Source: Octopus bimaculoides
Lineage: Eukaryota
Reading direction: 5' to 3'
Assembly (NCBI RefSeq): GCF_001194135.2
Contig: NC_069005.1
Location: 14,947,302 to 14,994,788 of the forward strand
Length of the DNA: 47,487 nt
Shown in pieces: positions 35,187 to 47,487 of this stretch. The translations under genes and the position numbers were made by a program. Each line of letters opens with the position of its first letter. Within the stretch, counting starts at the first letter, position 1. Under the pieces are notes generated by a model. That model was not told the DNA's origin, ran no database searches, and worked only from the letters and a program-made list of their open reading frames with translations.

Positions 35187-35484
35187 TTTTGTAGGAAGGG
35201 TATGTTTTTCTAGGATTATTCATATTAGTTTCTATAAACCAGCATATTTGTGTGTATGCATGTGAGGCAGAGAGAGAGAGAGGGGGAGGGAGAGAGAAAG
35301 AGAGAGAGTGTGTGTGTGTGTGTGTGTGTGTGTAACTGCAAGGTTTATTATGTGTGTAGATTTGTAAGTCCCTTTATGTGTATTTATGTGAGTTGTGGAT
35401 TTATTAAGCTTACATGCATGTAGATGTGTGTATTCCTCTAAAGCTATGCATGTATTCATTGTCATCATACATCATGTATTCTTT

Positions 35485-35725
35485 ATCATCATCATCATCA
35501 ATATTATTATTATTATTTAATGTTCTTTTTCCATGCCAACAAGGGTAGGAGAGTTTGACAGGAACTGGCAGGTCAAAAGATTGCACCAAGCTCTACTGTC
35601 TGATTTAGCATGGTTTCTACAATTGGATGCCCATCCTGATGCCAACCAGACTGTACCAGTGCTTTTAATGTGGCACCAGCAGTAGCAGTGAGGTCACTAA
35701 GGAACCTACAAGACAAGACCCCTCA
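35485..35725 (-). mobile_element. RTE-tailed SINE 3' portion
   Basis: (atc)n followed by ttttccatgcc...ggatgcccatcctgatgccaacc. Confidence 0.65.
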
Positions 35726-35729
35726 ACTG

Positions 35730-36040
35730 AGGTGTGTGATTAAGAAGTTCACTTCAAAACCATGTGATTTGGGGTCCAGTCCCACTTGGACAAGCACCTA
35801 CTACTATAGCCCTGGGCCAACCAATGACTTGTGAGGGAATTTGATAGACACAACTGTGAGAAGCCCATCATGTGTATGTGTGTGTATATCCACCATACTC
35901 TTGACAACTGGTGTTTGTTTGTTTATATCCCTGTAACTTAATGGTACAACAGAAAGAGATTGATAGAATAAGTACCAAACTTAGATACTGGGGTAGATTT
36001 GTTCAACTAACCCCACAAAAAAGTGCTTCAGTCCCATGAC
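35730..36040 (+). mobile_element. Family B SINE
   Basis: Head gtccagtcccacttggacaag, (TG)n, ccctgtaacttaatgg...gatagaataagtacc...ggggtagatttgttcaact. Confidence 0.7.
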
Positions 36041-36188
36041 TGAAAAACACAAACAAACATTAGAAACTGTTGCAAACCTTTGGTGAAAACAGCTGGGGTT
36101 AGGGTAGGATTAGTAGATTACAGGTTACCAAGATTTTAATGTCATACATAATTTGATTCATGGGTTTATTTCCTTTCGTTAATATTTA

Positions 36189-36401
36189 CCCTTTAACATT
36201 TAAACAAGTCAAATCAGACCCAAATATTTTACTGGTTTTATGTTCAAACAGGCCAGATTCAACCTCTCACACCTACCCTGCACAATGTCATTTCTAAAAC
36301 AAACAATCACATAATCTAAAATCTCAAAGATACAAGATTAATTCAAAACAATGTGAATAAATAAGCATTACATTTGACAAAGTAATCTGAATGCTAAACA
36401 G
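36189..36401. mobile_element. piggyBac-like MITE
   Basis: ttta|ccctttaacatt ... aatgctaaacag|ttaa: degenerate CCCTTTAGCATT TIRs and TTAA target duplication. Confidence 0.65.
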
Positions 36402-37289
36402 TTAAAGGGAGGTAGAAGGCCTCATTATGTTGTACATTAGTATTATATAACCAATCTTACTAGTGTTAAGTGACTGATGAATTATGTTGTGGTGACTAAA
36501 TAGGACAGAGAAGCTTCTATTCTTTCTGTCTCGACATTAGTGCTCATCATACCTTTGAGAAGTAGGTCAATTTCAAACTATTTGTGAGATATCAGAGTCA
36601 GTCAATGTTTCTTATTTTTTAATCTGCTCTGATACAGTCAGATGAATAAGAGGTTCGGATTGAAAGGGAGAAGAACTTCAATATCAGTTCAGTAAAAGTA
36701 GATGAATTCCTCAATATTTACTTAAGACCCTGACACCCCCCGCCAAAAAAAAAAACAAAAAAAACTGAAGATCTAAGTTTGTAATAGGGTCGAAATACTC
36801 AATAACTGAGGGTGTGGACAGAAATGGAGAACATGCTGAGTGAACACACAGCAGGACAACGCTTTGATATTGCCACATTACTACACAATATTGGCTACTA
36901 ATATTAAAACTATTATTTCAAGTAAATAATATATAGTGTGTGTGTGTGTGTGTGTGTGCAGACATTTGTGTATATGTGTATGCATATATGTGTACACACA
37001 TACACACAATAATCAAGTAAAGTTTGTAAGTTAAAAGAGAAACAATACATGAAAAAGTCAAATTATTTTATATTACAGTTATATGAACTTAACACCATTA
37101 CTGTCAGTTTCTTGCAGTCCGTATAACAGGCTTCTGCAGAGTTCCCACCAACCAATGTCACTTGAAAGGCATTTATCAGTCGGAGGAGGAAGAAGAGCAC
37201 TTGTCCAAGATGTTATGCAGTAGGATTTGAACCTAAAACCATAACACTGCATAGAGTGATACTTGTACCTATTTTTTCTGAGATGAGTT

Positions 37290-37429
37290 AGGTGTGGCTA
37301 GCTTCACGTGGTTTTGGGTTCAGTCCCACAGCATGGCACCTTGGGCAAGTGTTTTCTACTATAGCCTCAGGCCAACCAAAGCCTTGTGAGTGGATTTGAT
37401 ACATGGAAACTAGAAGAAGCTCGTTGTGA

Positions 37430-37471
<42 letters not shown>

Positions 37472-37650
37472 TTATGTGTGTGTATGTCCCTGTAACTTAG
37501 CAGTTTGGCAAAAGAGACCGATAGAATAAGTACTCGGCTTACAAAGAACAAGTTCTGGGGTCGATTTCTTCAATTGTAATCCTTTAAGGCAGAGCTCCAG
37601 CATGGCCGCAGTCAAATGACCGAAACAAGTAAATGAATAAAAGAGTAAAA
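37290..37650 (+). mobile_element. Family B CORE-type SINE, full length
   Basis: ggttttgggttcagtccc...ccttgggcaagtgttttctactatagcc...(TG)n...gctccagcatggccgcagtcaaatgaccgaaacaagtaaa. Confidence 0.85.
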
Positions 37651-38319
37651 AAAAGAATGCGGCCGGTGTTTTTCTATTTATTCATCCTGAACATGTTGTT
37701 GACTCGATGTTTCTATAGGAAATCATCTTCAAATCATTTGAATTGTTCTATATTGAATTTTTAAAATAGAATTAAAATGTTAAAAATGCCATCTCTATTT
37801 GCAAAGGAAACAACCCCAGTAGCAAGGGAAATTGATTAAGTACCATTTCTTGGTTATTTTTTATCCTCCTTTTGTACAGGTTTATCTAATGCTTGTTAGA
37901 TAATTGTCAAATTTGAAATAAAGGAATGTTTTCTTGATGTTTAATTTGCTAGTTGGTCTCCAAATTTCAATTGTATGAGTCTTTCACCAATAACGTACCA
38001 TTGGGTTGAAATCCTGTCACAGTCCACATTTATTTTTCATCTTTTCAGGATCAATAAATAAAAGAGCAACCTCGTACTGGTGCAACCATCTCCCCATCCG
38101 GCTACCACATCCGGGATGTTCTGGTGGGATAGAAAGGGTGTCTGCATCTGCTTGCGACTACATAGTTTCCTTAAACAATTAGTGAGAAGCATGATACATG
38201 CATGCTACCAGGCTGTATTTACATACAAGTGATGGCTGTAATTATGTGTGTGTGAGAGAGAGAAAAAGAGAGATAGAAATGTCACTAGCTAAAATCTATC
38301 TGTATCATTATTTAACAAG

Positions 38320-38440
38320 CTCCTCCTATGCTGGCATGGGTTGAAGGGCTTGACAAGAGCTGGTAAATCAGAAGACTGCCCTCAGCTCTATCTGCTTTGG
38401 CATGATTTCTACAGCTGGGTGCTCTTCCTAACGCCAACCA
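38320..38440 (-). mobile_element. RTE-tailed SINE 3' fragment
   Basis: cctatgctggcatgggttgaagggcttgacaagagctgg...ttcctaacgccaacca. Confidence 0.7.
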
Positions 38441-38455
38441 GTTGTGTGTGTGTGT

Positions 38456-38508
<53 letters not shown>

Positions 38509-39047
38509 TGTTCCTGTTTTGGTGTGTTTGTACCCTCAGAACTTAGCAATTCTGCAAAAGAGACAAGCACAATACATTTTATAGCAAGGCAGCAAATAAA
38601 GTGCTTTTTATCTAACAAAGTAAACATTTTTATTGATCTGTTTTCCTTTCTTTCTTCACTCTCACAACAGGAGAGAAAGGCTTGACAGAACCAACCTTGT
38701 GCTCCACCAACATTGCCATGCAGTCAATGCCATTGACTCTTCTACGCAAGAATTGGTCTACAGAGTCATCAATGGGATTACCAAAAAAGAAGTGTTCAAC
38801 AAAGAAGAAAATAAATTCTCGGATATGAGATAAAGCTACTGCCACCTCCAGCTTTAAAATGTAATATTTTTAATCCAAATGTTATTATCATGAAAACAAA
38901 AAAAAAAAAAAAATTATGTCTCAACCCCTAAAAGAAAAAAAAAACAAAACCCTTGATTTTAGGAAATTTTAAAAACATATTAGTTTNNNNNNNNNNTTCT
39001 ATAAGCCAGCATATTTGTGTGTATGCATGTGAGGCAGAGAGAGGGGG

Positions 39048-39100
<53 letters not shown>

Positions 39101-39485
39101 TGTGTGTGTGTATCTTTATTCTAGTGTGAAGCACTCAGAATGTATTTTTACTTTGACAACCACTTAATGCAACGTGGTGTATTGTGACAAGCACTTAATC
39201 CTTAATCCTGTAGTTAAAACAATTGCCTTCCTGTCAATCTGAGAAATCAACGAATTAACCCTCTTTAAACACTGCCTACAAAGCAAACTTTTTAACTCCA
39301 CATTGGCAGGAAACTGGTCTTCCTTGCTTTGCATTGGCATGTAGGATTTACACAATCTCTAGACAAACAATACAAAGTCTGAGTGTATAGAAAATGTAGC
39401 AAGCCTTATTATAACAACGTTGCAACTTGTTAGAAATGAAATGACTGAGTGTTCAAGAGTTTGGACTAGTATTTTATGAGATATG

Positions 39486-39875
39486 AAGTCATATCTAGTA
39501 CAGGCATTTTAGTTTGTGACTGGTCAGAATACTGATTCTCGAGTATGCCTTAATTCAACTTTCCAAAAAGGGTAGATCTTCAGAAAGTGGTACTTTCATT
39601 AAACTGGTGTTTAGCTCTTGTCTTGCCTCCATAATATAGTAAGATCTGGAGAACTAAACACTAGCTTTTTTGAGTGCTACAAAGTCATATCTAGTACAGA
39701 CATTTTAGTTTTTGACTAGTTAGAATACCAATTCTCAAGTATACCTTAACCCAACTTTTCAAAAATGGGTAAGTCTGAAGAGAGTGGTATTTTTCATAAA
39801 CTGGTGTTGCAACTAAGAGAAGGTTTAGTGCTTGTCTCAAGATCTGGAGAGCTAAACACTAGCTTTGTGAGTGCC
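39486..39875. repeat. Diverged 196-bp tandem dimer
   Basis: aagtcatatctagtacag starts at 39486 and 39682; both units end in aagatctggaga.ctaaacactagcttt.tgagtgc. Confidence 0.9.
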
Positions 39876-40619
39876 TATGTCTTGTGGAAGCATTTATGAT
39901 TTGCCCATATATATAATATTTGTTCAACAAATATTTTAATTAGGTCATATGAAATACACTTCTGGTTAATAAACAACTCAGTTCAGGAACTGCACACCTT
40001 ATTTGTAAGTATATATAAAGAGAGAGAAAAAAATTTGACAGTACTAAACACTTGGACAAATTAAAATTAAATGAAATAGATATAGAAGAAAAAAATGAAA
40101 ACAAATAGTAACGAAAGATATCTTGTTTTCTTTTTCCTCTTGAAGAGATAATAAGCCACTTAGTAGTCAAGCTAGTAGACAGACTACAAACTTACAGATC
40201 AGATATACTTAATAATAATGAGAGAAGAATGAGACTCTTTCAGTTGTATAGACCTTATTACAAGTGGCTTGAGGTTAAGTATCAAAGGTTGGAATATAAA
40301 AATAAAAATCATCATCCTGTTTCTAAAGTGATGCTTTTTTATATGTGTATGTTCCCATGTATCATCACAAACATACTGATGATGATACTAAAATAATCAT
40401 GTTAGAGAAATAAAAAAAATTAAAAAATCAGGATATACAAAACATTTTTTTTTAACAAAAGGATGAGTAGCTAAACTACTTGACTTGGTAAATCACAAAA
40501 ACAAGAGAAGTTAATCCTTTCACAAGTCACAAGAGCTTATATATAAAGCCTTTTGCTTTTATAAGTTCTACTTTCTATAATGTTAAACAAGTGAAAAATT
40601 AATTTTTCATCAGATAGGA

Positions 40620-41970
40620 CATTAGTCTAGCAGGAATAACTTTCCCAGAAGGACTGGAAATTCATCTGTTCTTAAACTAAGACTTGAAATGCATGAAGCA
40701 GGATCAGAACTCTCAATCAATGAACCAATATTTTAGATATCTTATCCACACCACCTTTCTTGGTAAGAAGGGGCCCAGGCAAAGGTTTCTGCATTGTGCT
40801 ACTGAACAAATTCAACAGAATATTGATGCACTGTAGTGAGAGAAAACAAGCAGGATTTAATCCCAGTGTAACACAGCAAATTTTCACATTGAAAAACACT
40901 TTGGAACAGGGAACAGAATTCTAGCAGGCCTTGTCAATCAGATTCATGGACTGCAAAAAGATATTTGACAATATTTATTAGGAATTACTTATGGAAGATT
41001 GCTCAAGTTTATGGTATCCCCAAACGCTATCTAAATATCATCAAAAATCTTCACAAAAACTTTGGCTGCTGTGTCAGGACACTTCTTTTTTAGCATCATC
41101 ATTGGCATCTGTCAGTGCTACATCCTCTCATCCCTTATCTTTCTGCCAGCAATCAATTTGGCAATGACGAAGATAACTAATCAGAGCACTGCAGGACTTT
41201 CAAGAAGTAAAATGGAAAAGCTTTGTAATCTGACTTTTGGCAAAAACATTACAATGCTAGTAGAAACCAGATCTGAGCTGCAAGTAGTAATGACCTAGTT
41301 CAAGGAACAAGTAGGAAAGATCAAATACAAAAGCAGCTGTGAAAAGACAGGCGATGCAGATTGATGCCACAACCCAACCTCCCATCTTCATCAGACAGCA
41401 GGTTGAAGAAGATGTGGACAATCTCTCCTGTAGCATATGTAATTAGAAGTGATGGAAGAATAGAAAGTGATGTGAACAGCAGAATTGGCAAAGAAGGAGC
41501 CATACTCCAGTGTATGTCCCAAATGTGGACAGCTACAAGCTTCAGTAGTGCAAGGAAGGTGCAGTTACAAAGTATAATAGTTCTGCCAACAGTTGTGTAT
41601 GGCAGTGAAATATGGGAAACAACAGCAACGGCAGAAGCTGGACATATTTCACCAATGACAGACCTTCAAAATTACTTGATAAGATAGAATTACAAATAAG
41701 GACATCCTTCAGGGAAACAAAATACCAGCAGCTGCTACAACTGCAAAACATTGTGGCCTGCATAGACCACATAGGCAAGCAACAACTATAATGATGTTGA
41801 CACCGGAAGGAAGAAAACACAAAAAGGGCTGGTTCAAGAACAGTTAGTGCCAGACATTCCAGGAAGTCCTCAAATGAATGAGGACAGCTGGACAGAAGTA
41901 GAGAAAACTATGGCAGTTGGACCACACAGGCAGAAGCTTGCTGTTTTATATATCTCACACTGTGGGAAGA
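40620..41970 (+). mobile_element. RTE-clade LINE RT and C-terminal remnant
   Basis: GKGFCIVLLNK...QQIFTLKNTLEQ...FMDCKKIFD...YGIPKRYLNIIKNLH...SDGRIESDVNSRIGK...LPTVVYGSEIW; many stops. Confidence 0.85.
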
Positions 41971-42109
41971 CTTAAGTATAAGTCCATCTCCAGAATCATC
42001 TCATCCACAAATGCTGTTGTTTGTGAATAAAGCATAAAACATTGCAACATCACTTTTCTCCATTCCTCTAATCAGGAAATCATACTTACAGCTGTACTGC
42101 ACCATCTGT

Positions 42110-42295
42110 AATGATAATGATTTCTAACTTTGGACACAGAAATATGACATTTTGGCAACGAAGTAGAGTTCATTTAATTGACCTCACTATCTTACTGACT
42201 CCAAAAATATGAAAGATAAAACAGAGGATTTGAACTCAAAACATAACAAATATGTCAGGTACTTTAACAATTCTGCTACTCACTACCTTTCCTTT
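42110..42295 (-). mobile_element. Degenerate family A SINE
   Basis: tttctaactttggacacag...ggatttgaactca...acaattctgctactcactacctt. Confidence 0.55.
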
Positions 42296-43744
42296 ATAAT
42301 GATGATGATGATGATGATGATAATACCTTTTCTCCAAGCAAGGCTTTTCCTATAAAGGAAGATATATAGATAACAAGTTCAGAACATTAATAGTGCCTAT
42401 TTTATCAACTTTAGAAGGTAATTACCCCATCCCTATCAGAGGTGTATAAGTCTGAACTTAGGAATATAAGATGGTAATGAAATACATCCTGTAAACTGTC
42501 TAACCTAGTTACATTTGTAACAACTTCATTGCATTTGACTAAGTAAAGGAGTCTTTCAATAGTTGCTCAATCTGTTAGAACAACAATCAAATTTCTCTCA
42601 AATCACATCTACTATCTTGGCAAAAAAAATGCTTGTCGACTATCACCAATCACACTTTTGTTCACAAGTCAATGGCATACACGATGAATGTAAATAAGAC
42701 TGTATAGTCTTATGAACAAAGAATAAAGAGCTTTATACACAAAAAATGCATTTGCAAGTCATAAAACTGAACAAATTACACAGCATTTTCAATAAAATGG
42801 TAATAAGAAAACAAACAAAAAAGAAAAACATTCTTCCTTTTCCCTTTTTGACAATGATAAATACATTCTCATCTAACATAGATAAACAATACAAATATAT
42901 TGAACAGCTATTAGCAGACAACATTTTAAAGAATCATAATTAATGAGAAACACAATACATTAAGAATTAAAGGATTGAATGAAAGTGTACGACAAAGTAG
43001 TACTGAATACTGATGATATTTTAGATCCAAACTAAAGAATAGTTTAATGACAATATTATTAGATTAAATAATCTGTCTCCACATTAAATGGATTTAAACA
43101 TTTGTAAATAAATTCTTAATTCTTATGTGGGAAGAAAATCATCACTTCAAGAGATAAAGCAAATGACAATTTAATAATATATTAACATTAGTTCTAGCTT
43201 TACAAAGACAAAAAGGTTAACTGAAATGAAAATATTGCTCTGAGAATAGTAATGGATATTTTTAGTAACAAATTGGCATAAATGTTCTGTGGCTGAAGTC
43301 ACAGTATAAAATAAAATAAAAACAAAACAAAATAAAAATAAATACACACAAAATGAACTGATAAAATAAAACATTGATTAAAATGATTCAAAACAACAAA
43401 TTTCCAAATTTGATGAGCAAATAAAGAAAAATATAAAGAAATAAAAAAAATTAAATGAAAATAAAACATTAAAAAGTAATAAAACAAAGAAAAAAAAAAT
43501 CAAACAAAAAATCTCAAATTATTATTACAAAATAGCTTAGATTAATTTATATTTAACACATCCACAGCCATTGTTTGCTTTTAGAAAAGTGCCATTACTA
43601 ACATTGAAAACAATTATTTTATTTACAATAATTACAATTCAAACCAAAAAATACATGTGTATAAAAGAAAAGAAAAAAAAAAAATCTCTGCACCTGCAGA
43701 ACATCTGATCTTGGCTACAGTCTACATAGAAAGTGATAGAAACA

Positions 43745-43985
43745 TTGCCATGAAGCATGCCAGTGGCATGTAAAAAGTCACTCATGCTGGTGTCACATAA
43801 AAAGCATTCATGCCAGTGGCATGTTAAAAGCACCCAGCACACACTATAAAGTGGTTGGCATTAGGAAGGGCAGGGCATCCAGCCGTAGAAACCAAGCCAA
43901 ATCAGACTGCAGCTTGCCGTCTCTAGTCAAACCATCCAACCCATGTGAGCATGGAAAATGGACATTAAGGGATGATGATGATGAT
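43745..43985 (+). mobile_element. RTE-tailed SINE 3' portion with internal short tandem repeats
   Basis: (catgccagtggcatgtaaaaag)-like repeats, then ggttggcattaggaagggc...gcatggaaaatggacattaaggg(atg)n. Confidence 0.8.
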
Positions 43986-44254
43986 GAATAGCTTGTGATA
44001 TCCTTCCTCTGGTGCAACACTCCCAACTTGATTACTTAAAGGACAGTGGTAGTCCAGGGATAGGGGACATAGGATGTTTTTAGCTAGTGACCAGTACAAT
44101 CAGAGAATCACCTCATTAATGACTGGCATTTATTCATCTGATGCTCCTCTGCGTTGCATATGGTAGCCTCAGAGTTTATGGCTGAAGCAAGGAAGTCAGA
44201 ACAGAGGAATATGTCATGACACAGTGTTCCAGACGAGCGACTTATCTTCCCCCA

Positions 44255-44590
44255 ACTGTCAGATTACCTCACTCAGCAGGTTGAAGCCAAATGGCACCAG
44301 TTGTGATAGGAAACAGGTAGCATAGAGACTCCTATTACTGATATCATTCAAAGAGATTACCCTCAGTATGAGGGTGACAAATGAGTAGGTGCAGTCCGAA
44401 CTATCAACAAAAGTTTCACAGTTGCATTTATGTGGCTCACACAAGTGAAAACTGAGATGCAGGCTAACTCTGATGTGTGTGCACTCACTGTCAATGAAGA
44501 AGGTTCTGTGTTCGGCCAAGCATTGCTGATTAGCTGTGTGGCTGTCTGAAGCAAGATGAGAAGGTGCTCGTTGGTCAAGGGATGCTAGCA
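44255..44590 (-). mobile_element. CRE-clade non-LTR retrotransposon zinc-finger region remnant
   Basis: IDSECTHIRVSLHLSFHLCEPHKCNCETFVDS...LNDISNRSL...LVPFG resembles CRE 'D..FRIAVGLRLG..LCEPH.C.CG..VD...RH..LNDII.RAL...EP.GL'. Confidence 0.55.
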
Positions 44591-45773
44591 CATAATTATA
44601 TTTCTTGAGAAACTGAAAATTCTTCAGCTAGAACTTTAGAATTATCATCTGCCAAATTTTCAATTACAATCAGATGTAAAGCAAAATTTTGTCTTTGGCA
44701 GTGAATGTGTTAATTATAAGTGAAAAGAAAAGTTAAGTTAAAAAACAAGTATTAAATTCATTAATTTTGTCATTTATTATATATTTAAGTTGAAGAAAAA
44801 AAATTTGATTTTCATGTTTCATTCAAAATTTTAAGTGTTCTGAACTGCAATTTGTATGGAAGACAAAAACGTTAAAAAAAACGTATAATTTCAAATGTTA
44901 ACCCTTTTATACTTATAAAATATAATTGCAGAACCTCATGGATAATTACATCTTATTTTTGTGAGATGACAGTCTCACAGAGAAAATTGCTTGGCAGGCA
45001 TTTGAATGAGGTCATACTACTTAATAGAAATTCCATAATAGAAATTGCTTCATAAAAAATAGGAAAATTTGACAATTTCATCAGATAAAAAAAAAAAAGG
45101 AAAAACATGGAAGTTTGGTATAGCTGGCTATTAAGCACTCTTAATAAAAAATTGTTTAAAAATTTAGCTTACTTTTTTATATATATATATATTTTGCAGA
45201 CAAGATTAGTGGAAGCCAACTTGAGGTTTGAGGGAGAGGGGTGGACTTTCACTTGACAACATAATTTGAACTAGTTCTCTCGCCCCTCCACCCACATCCC
45301 ACTCATTTCTATGAATTTGAACACTTTATTAGCATTTGATTTTTCAGTTGAAATAAATTTTGTTGAAACAGTTGATTTTCTTGAAAAGCTTGAGGATTGA
45401 TTAGCAAGGAGGAGGAAGAGGAGGAAGAAGAAAAAAAAAAGAGCAGAAAAGAGATAAAAAAAAAAAGACAAGACTCAAAGTAATGAAGAGTTAGTCAAAA
45501 TTAGTCAATGACTCTGAAATGATTATTAACACTCATTGAATTGAACTGCAAAAGTTATGAAGCCAAGGGGATAAGGGTTAGGGAGCGCACAGCATAAAGA
45601 TGTCATGACAAATGACCAAAACAATCAAGAGATTGTTAAAATGACAGTTGAGAAATTTAAGAGAGAAAGAAGAAAACAGAGACAGACGGACAGACAGAAA
45701 GGGAGATTAAAGAGAGACCAAAGGTTAAAAAGAAATTAATTGATGTACACATGCGGCAGAAAAACCGTCTCAC

Positions 45774-45842
45774 CGTGGGCGGCATTTTGATAAGAATCGT
45801 ATAGAATTCAGAATTTTTCGGATTTTTTTCAGTGATTTTGAT
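45774..45842 (-). CDS. Candidate short exon (IKITEKNPKNSEFYTILIKMPPT, or 5'UTR plus MPPT), possibly an upstream ssh exon
   Basis: ttattgcag acceptor, ACG|GTGAGA donor, open phase 0-0, CpGs retained, CAAAATG start context; no homology recognised. Confidence 0.35.
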
Positions 45843-47044
45843 CTGCAATAATAGTTAGATGCAAATAATGACCAATGTCAATTAGACATTTCTACTATTC
45901 ATGCAATGCAATCAATTTGACAGAAGAGACTAAAAAGTGCTAATTAAAGCACTCCATTTCTTAGGTAAAAGTAAAAAATATAAACTAATATAAAGGAATG
46001 CCCTGCTACTCTTGATTACAGGTCACCGAGTTGGTTCGCTGATATTGGTCCATCAATCAGTGATCAGAAGAATTCACAAAAGCAAACCTAAAGTGCACAG
46101 AAACTGAAGAAGATTTTCTGTAAATATTAACACAATGCAATTAAGATTAGAAAACAAAAACAATTATTCAAATAATTCACTTTAAACTACTGACATGCTC
46201 ATTTGCAACTAACAGAAAAACAATATTCTATATATATATATAGTATGTATATAAGCTACCTTTGTGTATATAAGAATAAATTTTCATGCACATGCTAAGT
46301 AAGGATTCATAACATTGGCTCTAGATTGTTGACGAAAGAAAATGAATAATAATAACAATAATTATTATTATCATTATTATTACTAATTATTTATTTCAAA
46401 CTAGTACGAGGCTATTCTGGTGTTGAAGGAAAGGAACTGAACTGACCAATTTTTTTTTGTTTATTTGTTTTTTTTCATACTGATCTCTAGTGATAAAAAG
46501 AAACACTGACCTCAGTGGAATTTGAAGTTAGAATGGAGAGGAAAAAATTAAATACAGCAACGCACTGATTCCAAGATGACTATTTTAGACCAACATTTTC
46601 TTTTGAGCCAATGTGCTGCTAACTAAAATGATAAATGGTTAGGTCCTCTGAGCTGTCAGGTGGAAATGTAGAGCCTATTGATAGTGATAGAGATATCAAA
46701 GAAAGTAACAGAAGTATCAGAAATGGTAAAGGGCTATTTCAAAGTCAGGTGGAAAGTGGACATTATAAACCTATTCAGTCCTATCTTGACTTTTCCTCTT
46801 CCTTTTCCAAACTATCATCACCTTCATCACAGTTTCTTTGAAACAAGGATTTGGATTTCATTTTCAAATTCAAGAAAACATACCACTTCTTTCTCACACA
46901 GGTTTATCTTGAATCAATAAGCATATCCTTTACAAACTTTCACCTCAAAATATTTCCTAATTCCCCTACTTCCATCTCTATTAAAAGTAATTAAAACATA
47001 CATGCCACATTTGTCACTGCAACAGTGTTCTTATTTAAAAAGAT

Positions 47045-47487
47045 ATGTAGCCAAATCGACTACATCCTCGCCAGAACTAGAGAAAGAGGGAGGCTTATAA
47101 ATGCCAAAACCCTCCCTGGCGAAGAATGTACACCCCAACACAGATTAGTAGTTAGCGACTTCGAGATCAAGGCAATATGGGTGCCCAGAAGTAGACCGGC
47201 CTGGGGGAGAAGGGTATGGAAACTTAAAGACCCTGCAAACGGACAGAAATTTAGAGACAAGTTACTTGAAGCATTTGACGAAATAGAAGGGGATATAGCA
47301 TCATACAACGTGGAAGACAATTGGAGATTTCTGCGGGACAACCTGTTGAGAGCCACAGACCAGATCTGTGGCTGGTGTAAAGTCCCCTCTTGACCCAGAG
47401 TAACGTGGTGGTGGAACAAGGATGTAGACGGGGCTATTAGACAAAAGAAACAGGCTTGGAAGGACTGGAAGAACGGTGGTAGCAGGG
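47045..47487 (+). mobile_element. RTE-clade LINE ORF (endonuclease C-terminus and linker), 5' truncated, runs off the window
   Basis: SQIDYILAR...GEECTPQHRLVVSDF...VWKLKD...ICGWCK..S*PRVTWWWNKDV; only one stop, so comparatively young. Confidence 0.88.

Noticed and set aside
38976-39110. About 120-bp near-identical copy of 35221-35330 spanning a 10-N gap
   Set aside because: It straddles a gap and consists largely of microsatellite, so a scaffolding or haplotype artefact is at least as likely as real duplication.
42700-43620. Minus-strand U-rich tract resembling a 3' UTR
   Set aside because: No adjacent terminal coding exon was found; composition alone is insufficient.

Overview
Eukaryotic, AT-rich, repeat-dominated DNA with four assembly gaps (N at 14708-15131, 21356-22271, 23902-24662, 38987-38996). 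The SINE, RTE and MITE families look like those of an octopus (recognised from memory, not searched). Only one host coding exon is well supported: an 89-nt minus-strand exon at 9353-9441 (FSENYFTVKGAALILPQ...) matching the N-terminal region of Slingshot (SSH) cofilin phosphatase. Most of the window is therefore probably ssh intron, with weaker candidate upstream exons at 26142-26175, 34591-34631, 45774-45842 and 46027-46087. The rest is decayed mobile DNA: tRNA-derived SINEs (including two head-to-tail arrays), RTE, CR1-like and CRE-like LINE remnants, a gag-only element, Penelope GIY-YIG remnants, three mariners (one full-length, Famar1-like), several MITEs and an intron-containing tRNA-Tyr pseudogene. 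The most unusual structure is at 31.6-32.1 kb: two adjacent long palindromes, each carrying an inverted pair of minimal hammerhead-ribozyme motifs of the Penelope type. No prokaryote-like system or CRISPR array is present. Coordinates of degenerate repeats are approximate (about +/-20 bp).
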